From positions 125,364,001 through 125,428,000 of the forward strand of contig OX597817.1 of assembly GCA_951406725.2 (NCBI GenBank): a stretch of 64,000 nucleotides of DNA, written 5' to 3'. The translations under genes were made by a program, and so were the position numbers. Below are positions 1 through 13,139 of this stretch, piece after piece; position 1 is the stretch's first letter; each line of letters starts with the position of its first letter. The stretch comes from Octopus vulgaris. Its lineage: Eukaryota. Under the pieces are notes generated by a model that worked only from the letters and a program-made list of their open reading frames with translations, ran no database searches and was not told the DNA's origin.

Positions 1-462
1 CACCTGTGCTGGTGTCACACAAAAGGCACCTTTTGAGTGTTGGGCCTCATGGAGGCCTCTGATAGCACATAAAAAGCACCTGTTGAATGTTGGGCCTCAC
101 AGAAGCAATGTACTTGATGCCAGTGTCATATAACTGGCACCTGTGTCAGTGACACGTAAAATGCACCTTTCGAGTGTTGGGACTCACAAAAGCAATGAAA
201 TACGATTGAGACCTTTGGCAATATGCTATGCTTGAGAAGATGACCCATCAAACTGAGTGAAATCGTAGTGATGATGGATACTGGTGTCACACAACTGGTA
301 CCCCTGCCAGTGGTTGGCATTAGGAAGAGCATCCAGTCATTGAAATAATGCCAAATCAGACTGGAATCTGGTGCAGCCCCTCAGCTTGCCAGCCCTGGTC
401 ACACCATCAAACCCATGCCAGCATGGACAATGGACGTTAAATGATGATGATGATGATGATGG
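1..462 (+). mobile_element. 3' part of an RTE-LINE-related retroposon with internal ~60-bp subrepeats and (GAT)n tail
   Basis: Recurrent cac(a/g)taaaaagcacc...gagtgttgggcctca units. Ends in ccatgccagcatgga...gacgttaaa(tga)n, as in the copy at 21187-21704. Confidence 0.65.
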
Positions 463-2378
463 TATGGTCAAGCTTCTTCCAGATTCCATCCATCTGCCAA
501 ATCCTTTGACAATAAATGCAGTGGAACTGAACCCAGAACTATGTGGTTGGGAATCTTACCACACCGCCCTGCCTGCGCATCATTTATTTATCCTTAGTTC
601 TACTCCACAAGCAATCATTTTTACCCAAGATCAACATCAGTGGATGTTTTATATTGTATCAAACTAGATTAAATCCTGGAGTACCTGCATCAGTGGAATA
701 GGGGATAAGTGTTTGGTGCTATGTACAATTCCATGAGTAAAAACAATCCATGATTACAATAGATTGCAATGCAGTGTAGATGTAAATACCAAAAAAAAAA
801 AAAAAAAACAAGAATTCATTTCTGAAGCTAGTTTAAAAAATATATAATTGCATTAACAACTCATCATAATTGTACAACAGTACAGTTATGGAGATTTGCT
901 TGGTGTATAAACAAGAAAATAAATCAAGAAAAAATTCTTACAGCAATGTAAAAATAAAATGTTGCTCTTAACAGTAAAAGAGGAAAAAAAAAGCATTTAA
1001 AAGCAATTCTATACCTTGTTCTTTGAATAAAAAGAAAATAAACTCTTGTAGATTGTGTACCACTTCAGAAGATCTAAGAGAACACTAGATAATCATCAAT
1101 TACAACACTAATCAAGTTGCTCTGAAATGAAGACACAAATTAAGAAAGTCGTATTAACGATCTTATGAATATTAATTTGTAATCTAGTATATAATCGTTT
1201 AAGAAGTTAGTATAGTGAGTTGGCACAAACTGTAGCTTGTTGACCTCATGTATTTAGCTTTTTTTGCTCAATGGTCTATGTCAGATTTGACTGTGCTGTT
1301 CATTACACTAGTGTGGCAATTAAATAACTGCTCAAAAGATACTGATATCAATTATATTGACTGCTCTCTTGTCTGAAGAAACTGGCATTACACATTGGCT
1401 CTGAGGCTAGTAGCATAAGAAAAGGTGCATTGCTAAGTGGGTACCTATTGGTTTTCTTGAAAGTTTTGCTCAGTCATGCATTCTGTAGGAGAATTTTCCC
1501 CATACAGATACATGATCAATCCTATTTGATAGAAGCTTAAGACTCAGGTATAAACAAATTTGTATCTGTTACTCAAGGATGATTAACTCAGATGTTTCAG
1601 AAAGCTTGCAAAGGAAACTAGGACAGACTATAAGTGCCTTTTAGGCAAAGGAAATGGAGCAAAATGCATGGGGAGAAGAGAATGAGAAGAATGTTATATT
1701 ACTTGGTGCTACTGGCAATAAACATATATGTATCTGATAGAAACTTTATAGTGAAGACATATGCATCATAGCTTCTGGGATAGAGAAGTATTGTTCACTC
1801 TTTTCTAATAGAATCTAAAAATTTGGTTGTTGTTTTAGAAGAAAAGAAACACATTTCATTGCATTATTCCCCAATACTCAATGGGTTTTAAATTTAAGCT
1901 TTCTTCTTGCTTTTTTAGCATTACACTTTACCTTCTTAATACCAACTTACCTAATCTTGCCTGTTCACATTTAAATGAAAATCTTGAAAAGAAAGGATAT
2001 ATAGCATGGCTGGCATCATGAGATTTTTGGTTGGTTGTCACCAATATAATATACAAATACATAAAGTTACAGTATTGTACTAAAACTTCCAAAGTCTTGA
2101 TTATATAGAAAACTAATTAAAATATATAGTGCAACCTAATCATGAGAAACATAGTTACAAACAATTAAAAGATTAACCTTACTATGCTTTAACTACACAT
2201 TAGACTGAGCCAGTAAGAAGTCATAAAAGAATTTGGATTTGATTATTTCAAATGCTTCTGATATCAGTAAAAGTTAAATACGATGACATTAGCAACTCAT
2301 AACATCTTTATAATTAAATTGTCAATTAATCTAATTTCCTGATGCCACTGAATGTTTATACAAACATTTTTCTATAAG

Positions 2379-2567
2379 CAGGGGTGCTGTAAAATTCCTG
2401 GCTTTCTCTATATCATGAAAGGCCTAATTGGAGGCTCACCTTTCCAGGTCCTTTATAGGGCTTAGAAAAACTGAAGGACCACTGCAATAAGTGTGTGAAT
2501 CTGAGAGGGGAATATGTTGAATAAAATCCTGTATTTTCTTTTACTCAAGGCCAGGAACTTTTCAGTC
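2379..2567 (+). mobile_element. mariner-derived MITE or internal-deletion derivative
   Basis: Imperfect TIRs ggggtgctgtaaaattcctggc / gccaggaacttttcag. Interior encodes a mariner C-terminus, KLKDHCNKCVNLRGEYVE*. Confidence 0.7.
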
Positions 2568-4945
2568 ATAGTAAGATAGTTTCTACATGACTTCTGAGCT
2601 TTTGCAAAGACAATACTTCTACTGATGATGACTAAAATTCAAAAACCTTTGGTTTTGTCTCTCTTTAGCCTAACTACAACTATATTTAGTTCCTCTTCTT
2701 AATCATAAAGTGCAAGTTTTCTTATAAATAGAACACAACCAAGACCGTTGACAATTGAGCTGTTTTTAGTTTATAAAATGTATTACACTGAGTCTAAGAT
2801 GCATATTGTATTTTTCTTGTATATAATGAGCTTGTTTGCATTTATCTTCCATAAAAAATGCCAAGAACTTGTTACAACTGCCTTAATTAGATAAATTTAA
2901 TAATGTATATAGTCTTTTCCTTATTCCTACTAGCTGTATAAGATAATGTTGGAAGAGGATATTAGAACTTCTAAACTGCTTGTATAATTGATATATTGAT
3001 GTATGTATTAGGTCTTCAGTGAATAGTAAATGTGAGCCAACGTATATAGGTTATACACATTTTCACTGTCAATAAAGGAAATGTATGTCAAATTTAGTGA
3101 TTAGCTCTTTCGATTAAATGTACTTTCCGAATAAATAACTGGACATATGTTAAGCTAAGATAATGAGACATCACTATGACCTGTGTGATTGATACCAATT
3201 AGTGAGATAATTACTCTACATCATTGGTGGATGTGTGTGTTAGTGTAGATGTGTGTGCAATAAGTGAAATAACAGCTTCATGGGTGTGCATGATATTTCT
3301 GTTAAGTGACTTCAGAAATTAATTAAGCATCTAAACTACATCAACAACTTTTCTCCATCATTTCTGATTAAATATAATCTTGTACTGAAGACTCTATACT
3401 TCATACTCCACTTCTCCATCTTTTCAACTCATAATTATTATTGCTCTTGATCTTATTACTTTCTAAGACAACAAAATGATTTTGTAATTACTGTAAGTAA
3501 AGGCTGAAATGAAGCAAGTCTAAATTGTATATCCGCACGTTTTCCTTATGTCACTCCTATTTTGTGCTATACTAAATACTTTACCCAATTCACCTCAAAA
3601 CTTTATCTTTATAGAACTTGCCTAACTCTTGCTTTCATTTCTCATCTGTAGACATCAATGGCAGAGATTTAAGATAACCATCACCAATATGGACATACCT
3701 ATTAAGACTATACATTCTGCTGCATTTTTTATCTTGACCAATAAATAAACAAAACAACAAGCTGGTAATATTTAAGAAGAATGATAAATAATTATGTAAC
3801 ACCAAGAAAATTTGGTGTTTCAGAGGAACTAGCAAGTGAATGGAGAAAGATATGCAATAAACCTCAGAGATTAGCTTTGCAAATGGCCCAAATGCTGAAG
3901 AAAGTTACTAAGAGAGTACTTGGAAATTGTTGTGATTGAAAATCTGTATCATTTAGATGTTTTGCAAACAACTTGCACTGCAAGTGCTATCAGTCAAAAG
4001 CCCCACATACTGGAAGCCAGCAAGTGTATGGAGTCATCAGGAGAGAATCATGCCATTTCGCGGCCTACTGCTCGATGGCCTCATTGCGCACTGCCCTCCC
4101 TCACTGATATGAAGCCCTGCTTGCTAGAGCAACTGATTATCATATAAAGCTCAATATTCTTCTAGCCATTGCTCATCATCTCTTTTTAACCTAATCCAGT
4201 GGCTAACCTTTTTCACTGTAGTTTGGATTTCATTCATGGTGGTATTTACTTTACGATGGGTTAGGCCTAATGATAACAAAGGTCACCTCACACTGTGTCC
4301 AACGAATTCTCAACATCTGACTTCAATTGGAAAATGCTCTGCTTTCTAGCCTGCAACTTCACATTCATGTAAAAGGAATCTGGGATTTTAAAGTAAATAC
4401 AGGATAATGCTTGAGATTCATGAGATACTATGATTTAGCACTTTAGTAGTAGTAGTTGTAGTGATGGCAGTAGCAGCGGCAGACAGTGTGCAGCCTGTAA
4501 TTACACACAGTAATGATAAAGACAATTCACGTGAGGAAATAAATCACTTCAGATAATTATCAATGCTTATTCAGTGCTGAATATGATAAACAGAGTGACC
4601 TTCAAGAACTCTGTTTCTGAAAAGATTACATTCGCCACAAATTTGTTAAAGCAACTATTACAGTTTTGTTTATATACATAAAGCCTACATATTCATTTTC
4701 CTTCACTGATGCTTTATCATTTTTGTTTTAATATCCACAGCCTTAAACTGCATTGAATTACCTAATTAGTGTGATATGTAAGGCCTTAATAAAAATATGC
4801 AATAAAGTATTATGGATATAAATAAAACAAATATGTTATTAAGAGTTACATGGTCATATTTACACAGACGAATACATCTTGGTATGTATACTAGGTGATT
4901 ATTCTTATTATTACAGAAATTATTCTTGTTTCCTTCTTTATTCAT

Positions 4946-5532
4946 TTAAGTCTTTTGTTACTGTATTTATTTTGAGATGTTCTGTGTTTCTTTCAATTTC
5001 TTGAAATATAACAAAGAATTTAGTAAAATAACTTAGTTATCATTTAGCTAGTGTTAGGAAGGCGCATGGCTCAGTGGTTAGAGCGTCGAGCTTACGATCG
5101 TGAGGTTGTGAGCTCGAATCCCGGACCGGGCTGCATGTTGTGTTCTTGAGCAAGGCACTTTATTTCACGTTGCTCCAGTTCACTCAGCTGTAGAAATGAG
5201 TTGCGACGTCACAGGTGCCAAGCTGTATTGGCCCTTGCCTTTCCCTTGGATAACACTGGTGGCATGAAGAGGGGAGGCCGGTATGCATGTGTGACTGCTG
5301 GTCTTCCATAAAAACAACCTTGCCCGGACTCGTGCCTGGGAAGGTAACTTTCTAGATGCAATCCCATGGTCTGTGTCATGACCGAAGGGGGTCTTTACCC
5401 TAGTGTTAGGAACATAAATTGTGGCTAAGGTTTGGTGGAACATTTTAATTCAAAACTTATGTAAACAAGACATTTACATTTGTACAACAGAACCAGAGGC
5501 GGTTTCAGCCGGGTTGGTAACGAAAGGGTTAA
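4946..5532. mobile_element. piggyBac-type MITE (TTAA-flanked) interrupted by a SINE
   Basis: TTAA at 4946-4949 and 5529-5532, right end gtaacgaaaggg. An uninterrupted homologue lies at 53522-53749. Confidence 0.75.
5061..5399 (+). mobile_element. Full-length tRNA-derived SINE with 13-bp TSD
   Basis: A-box tggctcagtgg and B-box-like gctcgaatccc. TSD ctagtgttaggaa at 5048-5060 and 5400-5412. Confidence 0.85.
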
Positions 5533-5534
5533 GA

Positions 5535-5782
5535 CAGTGTTTTTCAACCATTTTTTGTTACCTATGGACCCTCTTTGATTCTTATTTTATTGGAGTGGAC
5601 CTTCATAATCATTCCATGTTTAAAAAATCCTATTATATTTTTATAATTAAATATTATTAGGAATTGTATAAAAAAAGATTGTTATAAATATTTGCATATA
5701 ACTGATTTTTGCACATAAATTCTAACAACAAAATCTTATGTGAACCTCCAAGGGCCATATGGAGCCTGGTTGAGAACCACTT
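5535..5782. mobile_element. hAT-type MITE
   Basis: TIR-like ends cagtgtttttcaacc / ggttgagaaccact. Confidence 0.55.
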
Positions 5783-5889
5783 AAGTTTTAAGGGATTATT
5801 TAAGATTCTGCTACTGATATAATTCTCTGTAAACACTGTAAGGGCTGTAAGATTTGACATGGAGAACAGGAAGGGACACAACTGGAATT

Positions 5890-6115
5890 ATTATTGCACT
5901 AAACATTGAAATTCATCCCCACACCTTTGAACAGAGTCTTAAGCTCAATTCAGATGGCTATGTGAAACTTCTGGAGACTGGTCAATGCCTGACTGGAGAG
6001 ACTAGCTGCTGGAAGGCCATGTGTGTGGCAGAAGGATTCAGCTCCTTGCCATATCTGTGAAATGAGTCAGAAGTGGCTGTCAGGAATTTCTACAACTTCA
6101 CCACCCCCAGATTTT
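5890..6115 (+). pseudogene. Decayed Tc1/mariner (maT/DD37D-like) transposase fragment
   Basis: Frameshifted LKLNSDGYVKLLE...LAAGRPCVWQKDSAPCH, homologous to the element at 60500-61353. Confidence 0.65.
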
Positions 6116-9100
6116 CAGGTTAAATTTGGTTTTAAAAAATTAGGCATTTACATGAGCATATAAGGCAAACAAATTGTAACTAGATACCTGTGTTAGCATT
6201 AGAAGCATGTTGAGCATGAAAAGTAATTGAGTGCAAGTATCAAAGAGAATAAATTAAATTATTAAAAAAGGGTTGAGAATATAACACAAAGTCTTTAAGA
6301 AAACATCAACACAAGAACATATAATATGCAAAAACAGGAAGTAATATATGATGATGGGATAGATATACTCTGGTTACTTCATTATCTGTCCTTAAAAGCA
6401 GTTGGACTGAGAATTAGTAAAACAACAGTCAAATCTTTTGTAGTGTTTGATTGTGAAAACATAAAACTTGATTGCAAAATTGAAACCTAGCAATGTCAAC
6501 TTTGCATGTTCTTTTTCTGTGGATGATAAAATATTAGACAAAACGTTAGATCACTTTAACCAACTAAAATTTATTGCATGTCATTTATTCCCCAACAGCA
6601 TCACAATCAAATGACTGCTGTCAGTAAAAGAATAAAAGAGTAAGTATACATGTAGAATTTATTCATTCCAGAAGGGGAAAATAAGACATTGAAAATGTGA
6701 AGTGTTGTGACACAGTCGCCAGTGCCAATGTTCTCGCTTTGGTAATAAGCCAAGGAACTGCAACCTGCAGTTTGACTCATTGACAGGCATATATCTTTAC
6801 ATGCTAGTCACTGTTGAGGTCTTCAGATTGCAGGCCTTACTATCAAATTTTTCTGAAGATTTCATACCTAAAGAAAGAATATCATGAAATATTTTCTGAT
6901 GCAGTGAGTTGCGTATATTTATTACAGCTTGCATTTATTATTATTCATAACAGCTTGCAGTCTTATCTGCAGGGTGTAAGCATGACAATTTGTTAGAAAA
7001 AAAGTAGAACCTGTCATTATTTAATCGTTTATATATGTACATATGCATATATAAGAATTTTGTCTTAAGTAGTTTAATAAACGCTTTATGCAAGAAAAAA
7101 GCAAACAAAATTAAAAACAAAACCATTCAAATTATTGTAAATTAAAAATTGCAAACTAAATTATCTAATCAACTGCTTAATAATTATCAGTTTAAATCTG
7201 CTGACAGCATTTCATTGTATTTGTGGGTTGAATAATTGTATATTATTGCCTCAGTCTGTTGGTTTGTAACAAACAGCACATTTTCAGTATAACAATGAAA
7301 AGTATCAACTATCCTTTGGTACATAAAATTATTCCTTTATGTTCATGCAATTGAGTTATTTACTGCACCAGTTTATTCATCCCTGCTTAAGTGAAATTAT
7401 AACAAGACATCATTAAAAATTGAAAATTACAATTGAAAGATATGTACTACAACATACGAGCTTTAGGGAGAAAATATATTTCTTACCTTGTACATTGAGA
7501 ACCTTTCCATTGATTTGACCTACCATATGTTAGGACCTAAGGGAATGCAATGGTTTGAGGGGCTATTTTTGAAAGTGGAACTAGATACTACAAACCACTA
7601 CTTTTTGGTAGCTGAATAGTAGGGAAAAGCTGTACTCTTTCTCTATTCACTCTCCATCACTAAATTAATATCTATTTTAACTCCTAGTGTTCAGATCAAA
7701 TATTTCTATGGGTCTGCTAAAGATATTTGAATGATAGTTCACTGTTTATATCATATAATATGAGCATCTCCCTTCCACGTGTGATAGAGCTAATCCTATC
7801 ATTGGGAGATATCTCTTCTTAGAAAATATCAGATATTAAGTTTATTTATCACACTGTCATATGATAAAATACAATATCTAACACACACACATATACATTT
7901 ATAAATGTATATGTTTACTCATACATATGTAAATAACTATGCTTTGTTTTTGTTCCAAATAGCTGGAATAAGTAAATGAGTGAGACATAAAGATATGGAA
8001 AACAAATATAGAATAGAAGAGAACTATAAATATTTTAGATTCCAGCAGTTATGTTCCCTTAAGTAGAAATTTATGAAATACCACCTATCCATCTTTCTTA
8101 ACAAACGATTTTTTAAAAATTAATTTGGAAATTAATAATTTTCACTTGGAACAAATTTATGAAAAATATTCAGATTGTTGTTGAGTTATTCTGCATTTTT
8201 CGATGATGGTTTTTAAAATTAAAAAAAAAGCGAAACAACTATTTTCCATACCTTCTTAGAATGTTCTTTCCATATTAACATATGTGGGATGTGCTCAAAG
8301 AAAAGCCTTAGAATTTGAATGTTTTTTTATAAAACATTTAGAAATTTAATATATCATTCCCTAAGTTAGGGAAATAATGCAAGAATGTAGGAATATGCTT
8401 CAATGTTATGCGTATGTAAATATGCATATATATATTTATATATATATGAATATATATGTATATATATGTATATAAATATATGTATGTATATATGTTTATA
8501 TTTATATGTGTATGTACATATATATGTGTATATGCATGTATACATGTGTGTGTGTATATATATATACACACACACAACTGTTTTTCAAATTTCTCTTATG
8601 TATTATAAATTTTGTAACCATGCACATTGGATTAATGAAAGAAAAAAAAAACAACTTATTATTAAATTCATTTTGAAGCATAAAATAACGTCTTGCAATA
8701 TCAACAATAATTTTTGAGTTTTCTTTTAGAATCCAGAACATAGATATTGCTTATTCAATAAGGCATTTATTTTCAACTTCTCTTTTGTGACATATTCCTG
8801 CATTATTTCCATAATTAAAATCATTTGAAGTGCTGATTTTTTTTCCTTCTCAGCTACATATTTATTTTTTTAAACTAGTTTAATTGTTTGTTGCCTTAAA
8901 ATCAATGTATAACAGTGGAACATTTCAAATTTCGTATTTTACAAAAAATAAAAAAAGAATAAAAATAAAAACTAAATCTTATTAATCCAATGCAATAACA
9001 AGACAGAGTCCTCAATACATATCCTGCAAAATATAGATCACCAACAGTAAACACCACTTACTTATAGATACTTTAGAAATATATGAGTTAAACTAAGGTG

Positions 9101-9146
9101 AGTATTAACTCACCACCATCCCAATTCCTTGGCATCTTTATCACTC

Positions 9147-9540
9147 TCTTTACTCTTTTATTTTTCTACTTGTTTCAGTCATTTGACTGCGGCCATGCTG
9201 GAGCACCGCCTTTAGTTGAGCAAATTGACCCCGGGACTTATTCTTTGTAAGCCTGGTACTTATTCTGTCGGTCTCTTTACCGAACTGCTAAGTATGGGGA
9301 TGTAAACACACCAGCATCGGTTGTAAATCGATGTTGAGGGACAAATACAGACACACAAACACGCACGTACATATATACGACAGGCTTCTTTCACTTTCCG
9401 TCTACCAAATCCACTCACAAGGCTTTGGTTGGCCCAAAGCTATAGAAGAAGACACTTGCCCAAGGTGACACATAGTGGGACTGAACCCGGAACCATGTGG
9501 TTGGTAAGCAAGCTACTTACCACACAGCCACTCCTATGCC
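9147..9540 (-). mobile_element. tRNA-derived SINE, family A (head ggcgcaggagtggctgtgtgg, tail gactgaaacaagtaaaagag)
   Basis: High similarity to copies at 16254, 22463, 23855, 31179 and 43422. Confidence 0.85.
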
Positions 9541-9632
9541 TATTGCATGTAGATGGTTCACTGTTGCATGTATTCGGTTTTCATTAAGTCTTTCCCACAT
9601 TTTTTTCTGCACAAGCACAGGCAAAGTATTAA

Positions 9633-9974
9633 CCTTGGGTAAGTGTCTTCTACTATAGCCTGAGGCCGACCAAAGCCTTGTGAGTGGATTTGGTAGATGG
9701 AAACTGAAAGAAGCCCATCGTATATTTGTATATATATATATATATGTGTGTGTGCATGTATATGTTTGTGTGTCTGTGTTTGTCACCCCAACATTGCTTG
9801 ACAACCAATGCTGGTGTGTTTACGTCCCCGTAACTTAGCGATTCAACAGAAGATACTGATAGAATAAGTACTAGGCTTACAAAGAATAAGTCCTGGGGTC
9901 CATTTGCTCGACTAAAGGTGGTGCTCCAGCATAGTCGCAGTCAAATGATTGAAACAAGTAAAAGAGTAAAGAGT
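9633..9974 (+). mobile_element. 5'-truncated family A SINE, inverted relative to the 9147-9540 copy
   Basis: Reverse-complement match to most of 9147-9465. Confidence 0.85.
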
Positions 9975-10073
9975 ATTTGTTATGCATGCTAGAGAACAAA
10001 TTTCAGATGACTGTTCATGGCAAACATGCATCTCTATCATACAGATCTACAAACTACTACTACTGCTACTGCT

Positions 10074-10118
<45 letters not shown>

Positions 10119-10129
10119 GATGATGCTAA

Positions 10130-10340
10130 TAGTTTCTAATTTTGACACAAGGCAAGTAAGTCTGGGTGAGAAGTTAAGTAGATTACTTCAACCCTAGCAC
10201 TCAACTGGTACTTATTTTGGTGACCCTGGAGGGATGAGATGCAAAGTCAACTACAGTGGAATTTGAACAAAGAATGTAAAGACAGGTGAAATACTACTAA
10301 AACTTTTGTTGGACTTGCTTCTTTGCCAGTTTGCTGCTTT
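10130..10340 (-). mobile_element. Degenerate family C SINE
   Basis: ctggtacttattttggtgaccctggagggatg...aaagtcaac matches the well-preserved copy at 63525-63749. Confidence 0.6.
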
Positions 10341-10380
10341 AAATAATAATAATGATAATAATAATAATAATAATAATAAT

Positions 10381-12157
10381 TTCAAACTTCCTGAAGCACA
10401 ATATGTCGTTGTGGAATACGAATCTCCAATTATACCACTCTAATGGAGTACTTGCCTCAGAAAATATAAACATCAACTGTGGAATTTTTCAAGGTGACTC
10501 ACTTTCACCTTTAATATTCTACATAGCCCTAATACCCCTTACAAGTGAATTAAACAGAACAGGGTATGGGTATAAAATTGCCAATAAAAAAATAAGCCAT
10601 CTATTTTATATGGATGACTTAAAACTTTATGGCAAAGACAATAATGAACTTGAAGGCCTATTGCGCACCGTGAAAGCATTCAGCGATGACATCGGGATGG
10701 AGTTTGGACTTGAGAAGTGTGCCAAGGCCACTTTCCAGAAAGGGAAAGTGAAGACCACAAATTCAGTCGTGTTAGATGTTGACACAGTCATAAGAGAGCT
10801 TGAGCAAGAACAGACATACGAATATTTAGGGATAAATGAAGGCTCTGGTATTCAGCATGCAAGCATGAAAGAGATCAGGAAGGAATGTTATAGGAGAGTT
10901 CGTGCAGTCCTGAAATCTGAACTAAATGCACGTAACAAGGTGTTAGTTATAAATTCCTTAGCAGTTCCAGTTGTTACTTATAGCTACAATGTGTTGAACT
11001 GGAATATGAGTGAAGTAAAGAATATAGATAGAAAAATACGCAAGCTGCTGAGTTGTAATAGGATGCACCACCCAAAGGCAGATGTAGATCGCCTTTACCT
11101 TCCCAGAGCCCAAGGAGGTCGAGGCCTGATCCAATTTGAACTCGCTTACAAAACAACCATAATTGGACTGGCCAAATATCTCAAAATATCGAATGACTGG
11201 ATGCTAAAGCTCGTGGAAAATCACGAGAGACGAAAGAAGCTTCATTCTATCATCAAGGAAAGCAAAAAATTTGCTATTGATCTCGTGCAGGATACCCAAA
11301 CTGAACAACCCGAGGGAAGTACGGCAACTATTGTTGCAAAGAAGGTGAAAATGATGGCAATGAAAAAAGCGCACGAGCAATTGGCTGATAGGTGGGAGGA
11401 GAAACCTCTGCACGGCAAATATGTGACCCGCAGCAAACAAGCTGATGTTGACCAGAAGCAAACCCATCAGTGGCTGTGGAGCTCAGGGCTAAAAGCAGAG
11501 AGCGAAGGTTTCATCCTGGCTGCTCAAGACCAAAGCCTATTAACCCGGAACTACCAGGCCAATGTGATGAAAAATGGAGCAGACCCAAAATGCCGATTCT
11601 GCAACGACATGATTGAAACAGTGGACCACCTAATCTCTGGATGTAAAGTCTTAGCACCAGTGGAGTATAAATTAAGACATGACAGAGTTGGCCAATATCT
11701 CCACTGGCTAATAAGTCGGCATTACAATATCAAAACTACCGACAAGTGGTATAATCACCACCCTGAGGCTGTAACTGAAGGAGAAAATGTAACCATTCTG
11801 TGGGACTTTCCAGTACATACAGACCGAACCATCAAGGCCAATAAACCAGATATTGTTGTGAAAGACCAAAACAATAAAGTTTGCTTATTGATCGACATGA
11901 GCATCCCCTGTGATCATAATATCTCAGCGAAAGAGTTTGACAAGCTCAGAAAATATAAAGACCTACTCATTGAAATTGAGAAAATGTGGCATCTCAAGGC
12001 GGTTACAATACCAGTGATCGTAGGAGCACTAGGAATGATCAAGAAGGGAACCGAAAATTATATGAGAATGATCCCTGGCTTACCATCCCTGCAAGAAGTG
12101 CAAAAGATTGTCTTAACTGGTACATCACACGTATTGAGAAGAGCATTGTCGATGTGA
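10381..12157 (+). CDS. C-terminal part of an RLE-type retrotransposon ORF (reverse transcriptase, CCHC zinc knuckle, restriction-like endonuclease); no genuine start codon
   Basis: RT motifs GIFQGDSLSPLIF, HLFYMDDLKLY, FGLEKC, YEYLG. Zinc knuckle CRFC..ETVDHLISGC. RHD and KPDIVVKD..LIDMSIP..K (PD-D-K endonuclease). No internal stops. The MIIIII start is translated microsatellite. Confidence 0.9.
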
Positions 12158-12327
12158 GAACTGTTGCTGCTCATGTATTTTAATTTAACTTTAAAAAAAA
12201 AAAAAATGAACGAACTACTGAGTTTGGTTTAATGGCCTACCAATATACACTATGAGTTTCTTTGCCCTAGGTGTCGGGAAGACACTCGGCAAGAAATGGA
12301 AGAAAATTTGAAAGAAGAAAAAAAAAA

Positions 12328-12328
<1 letters not shown>
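10381..12328 (+). mobile_element. 5'-truncated R4/Dong-clade non-LTR retrotransposon inserted in (TAA)n
   Basis: (TAA)n on both sides (10343-10380 and 12329-12390). ORF has RT, CCHC and RLE domains, followed by a short 3' UTR with an A-rich end. Confidence 0.9.
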
Positions 12329-12389
<61 letters not shown>

Positions 12390-12390
12390 A

Positions 12391-12605
12391 ACTGTTTCAA
12401 ATTTTGGCTCAAGGCCAGCAATTACGGGGAGGGGTAAGTTGATTATATTGAGCCAAGTGGTTGATTAGGACTCATTTTATTCACCCTGAAATGAAGAAAG
12501 GTAATGTCAACTTTGGCTGAATTGAAACTCTGAATGAAAAGAGTTGGGTATGTGCAGGTAGGCATTTTCTCCAAAACTCAAATGATTATGCCAGCTTGCT
12601 GCTTT
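12391..12605 (-). mobile_element. Degenerate family C SINE whose TTA tail is the Dong target
   Basis: tttcaaattttggctcaaggccagcaatt...caccctgaaatgaagaaaggtaatgtcaac matches family C. Confidence 0.6.
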
Positions 12606-13139
12606 ATAATAAAAATAATGATGATGATGATGATGATGAGAAAGAGGAGGGAAGAAGGAGGGGAGAAGAAGGAGGAAGTTATGTTTTCTTTTTGGACTCA
12701 CCACAGGATGAAAAACAAAGTCTACCAAAGGGTGGTATCACTCTGGAGAATTAATGGACATCGAAATAGTATTTCTGTATTCACATTGCTACAGATGATG
12801 CCAATATGCCAATCATAAATAATTAACTTTGTACACAGTAAAACCATCCAGCTCTTGATAGAAGCAACATGTATATGCTGAGATTAAAACTGACAGAGGT
12901 TACTTTTTAGGGGCTAGGCTTATCACAAAGGGATGGCAGTTTTTTAGACTAGATTAACAGTCCTCTAGAAATAGTGTCACAAGCAAAGTACCAGTGGTGG
13001 TGACATCTAACTTCACAGTTCTCTTTACAAGAGAACTGCCCAAATAAAATGTGTTATCACAAGTGGATTGACTGGTATGGCTGCCCAATGTAGCAGGATG
13101 GGCCTGGTTTTTATTCAACTACTGCTACACAGATTAAGG

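Noticed and set aside
1-250. Spaced short repeats reminiscent of a CRISPR array (also 21340-21540)
   Set aside because: These are degenerate internal subrepeats of a retroposon 3' region in a eukaryotic context, with no cas genes and no unique spacers.
4105-4143. SECIS-like ATGA...TGAT hairpin
   Set aside because: Helix II does not pair properly, there is no apical AA motif, and no selenoprotein ORF is visible.
7481-7618. Frame resembling a ubiquitin-conjugating enzyme motif (LGPKGMQWFEGLFL), and a possible 50-nt minus-strand exon
   Set aside because: Similarity is too weak and there are no supporting neighbouring exons.
8338-8741. YI/HT/CV-rich ORFs here and at ~29.2, 39.6, 42.0, 55.6, 58.4, 61.2 and 62.4 kb
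   Set aside because: They are translations of (TA)n, (CA)n, (TATG)n and (TAT)n microsatellites.
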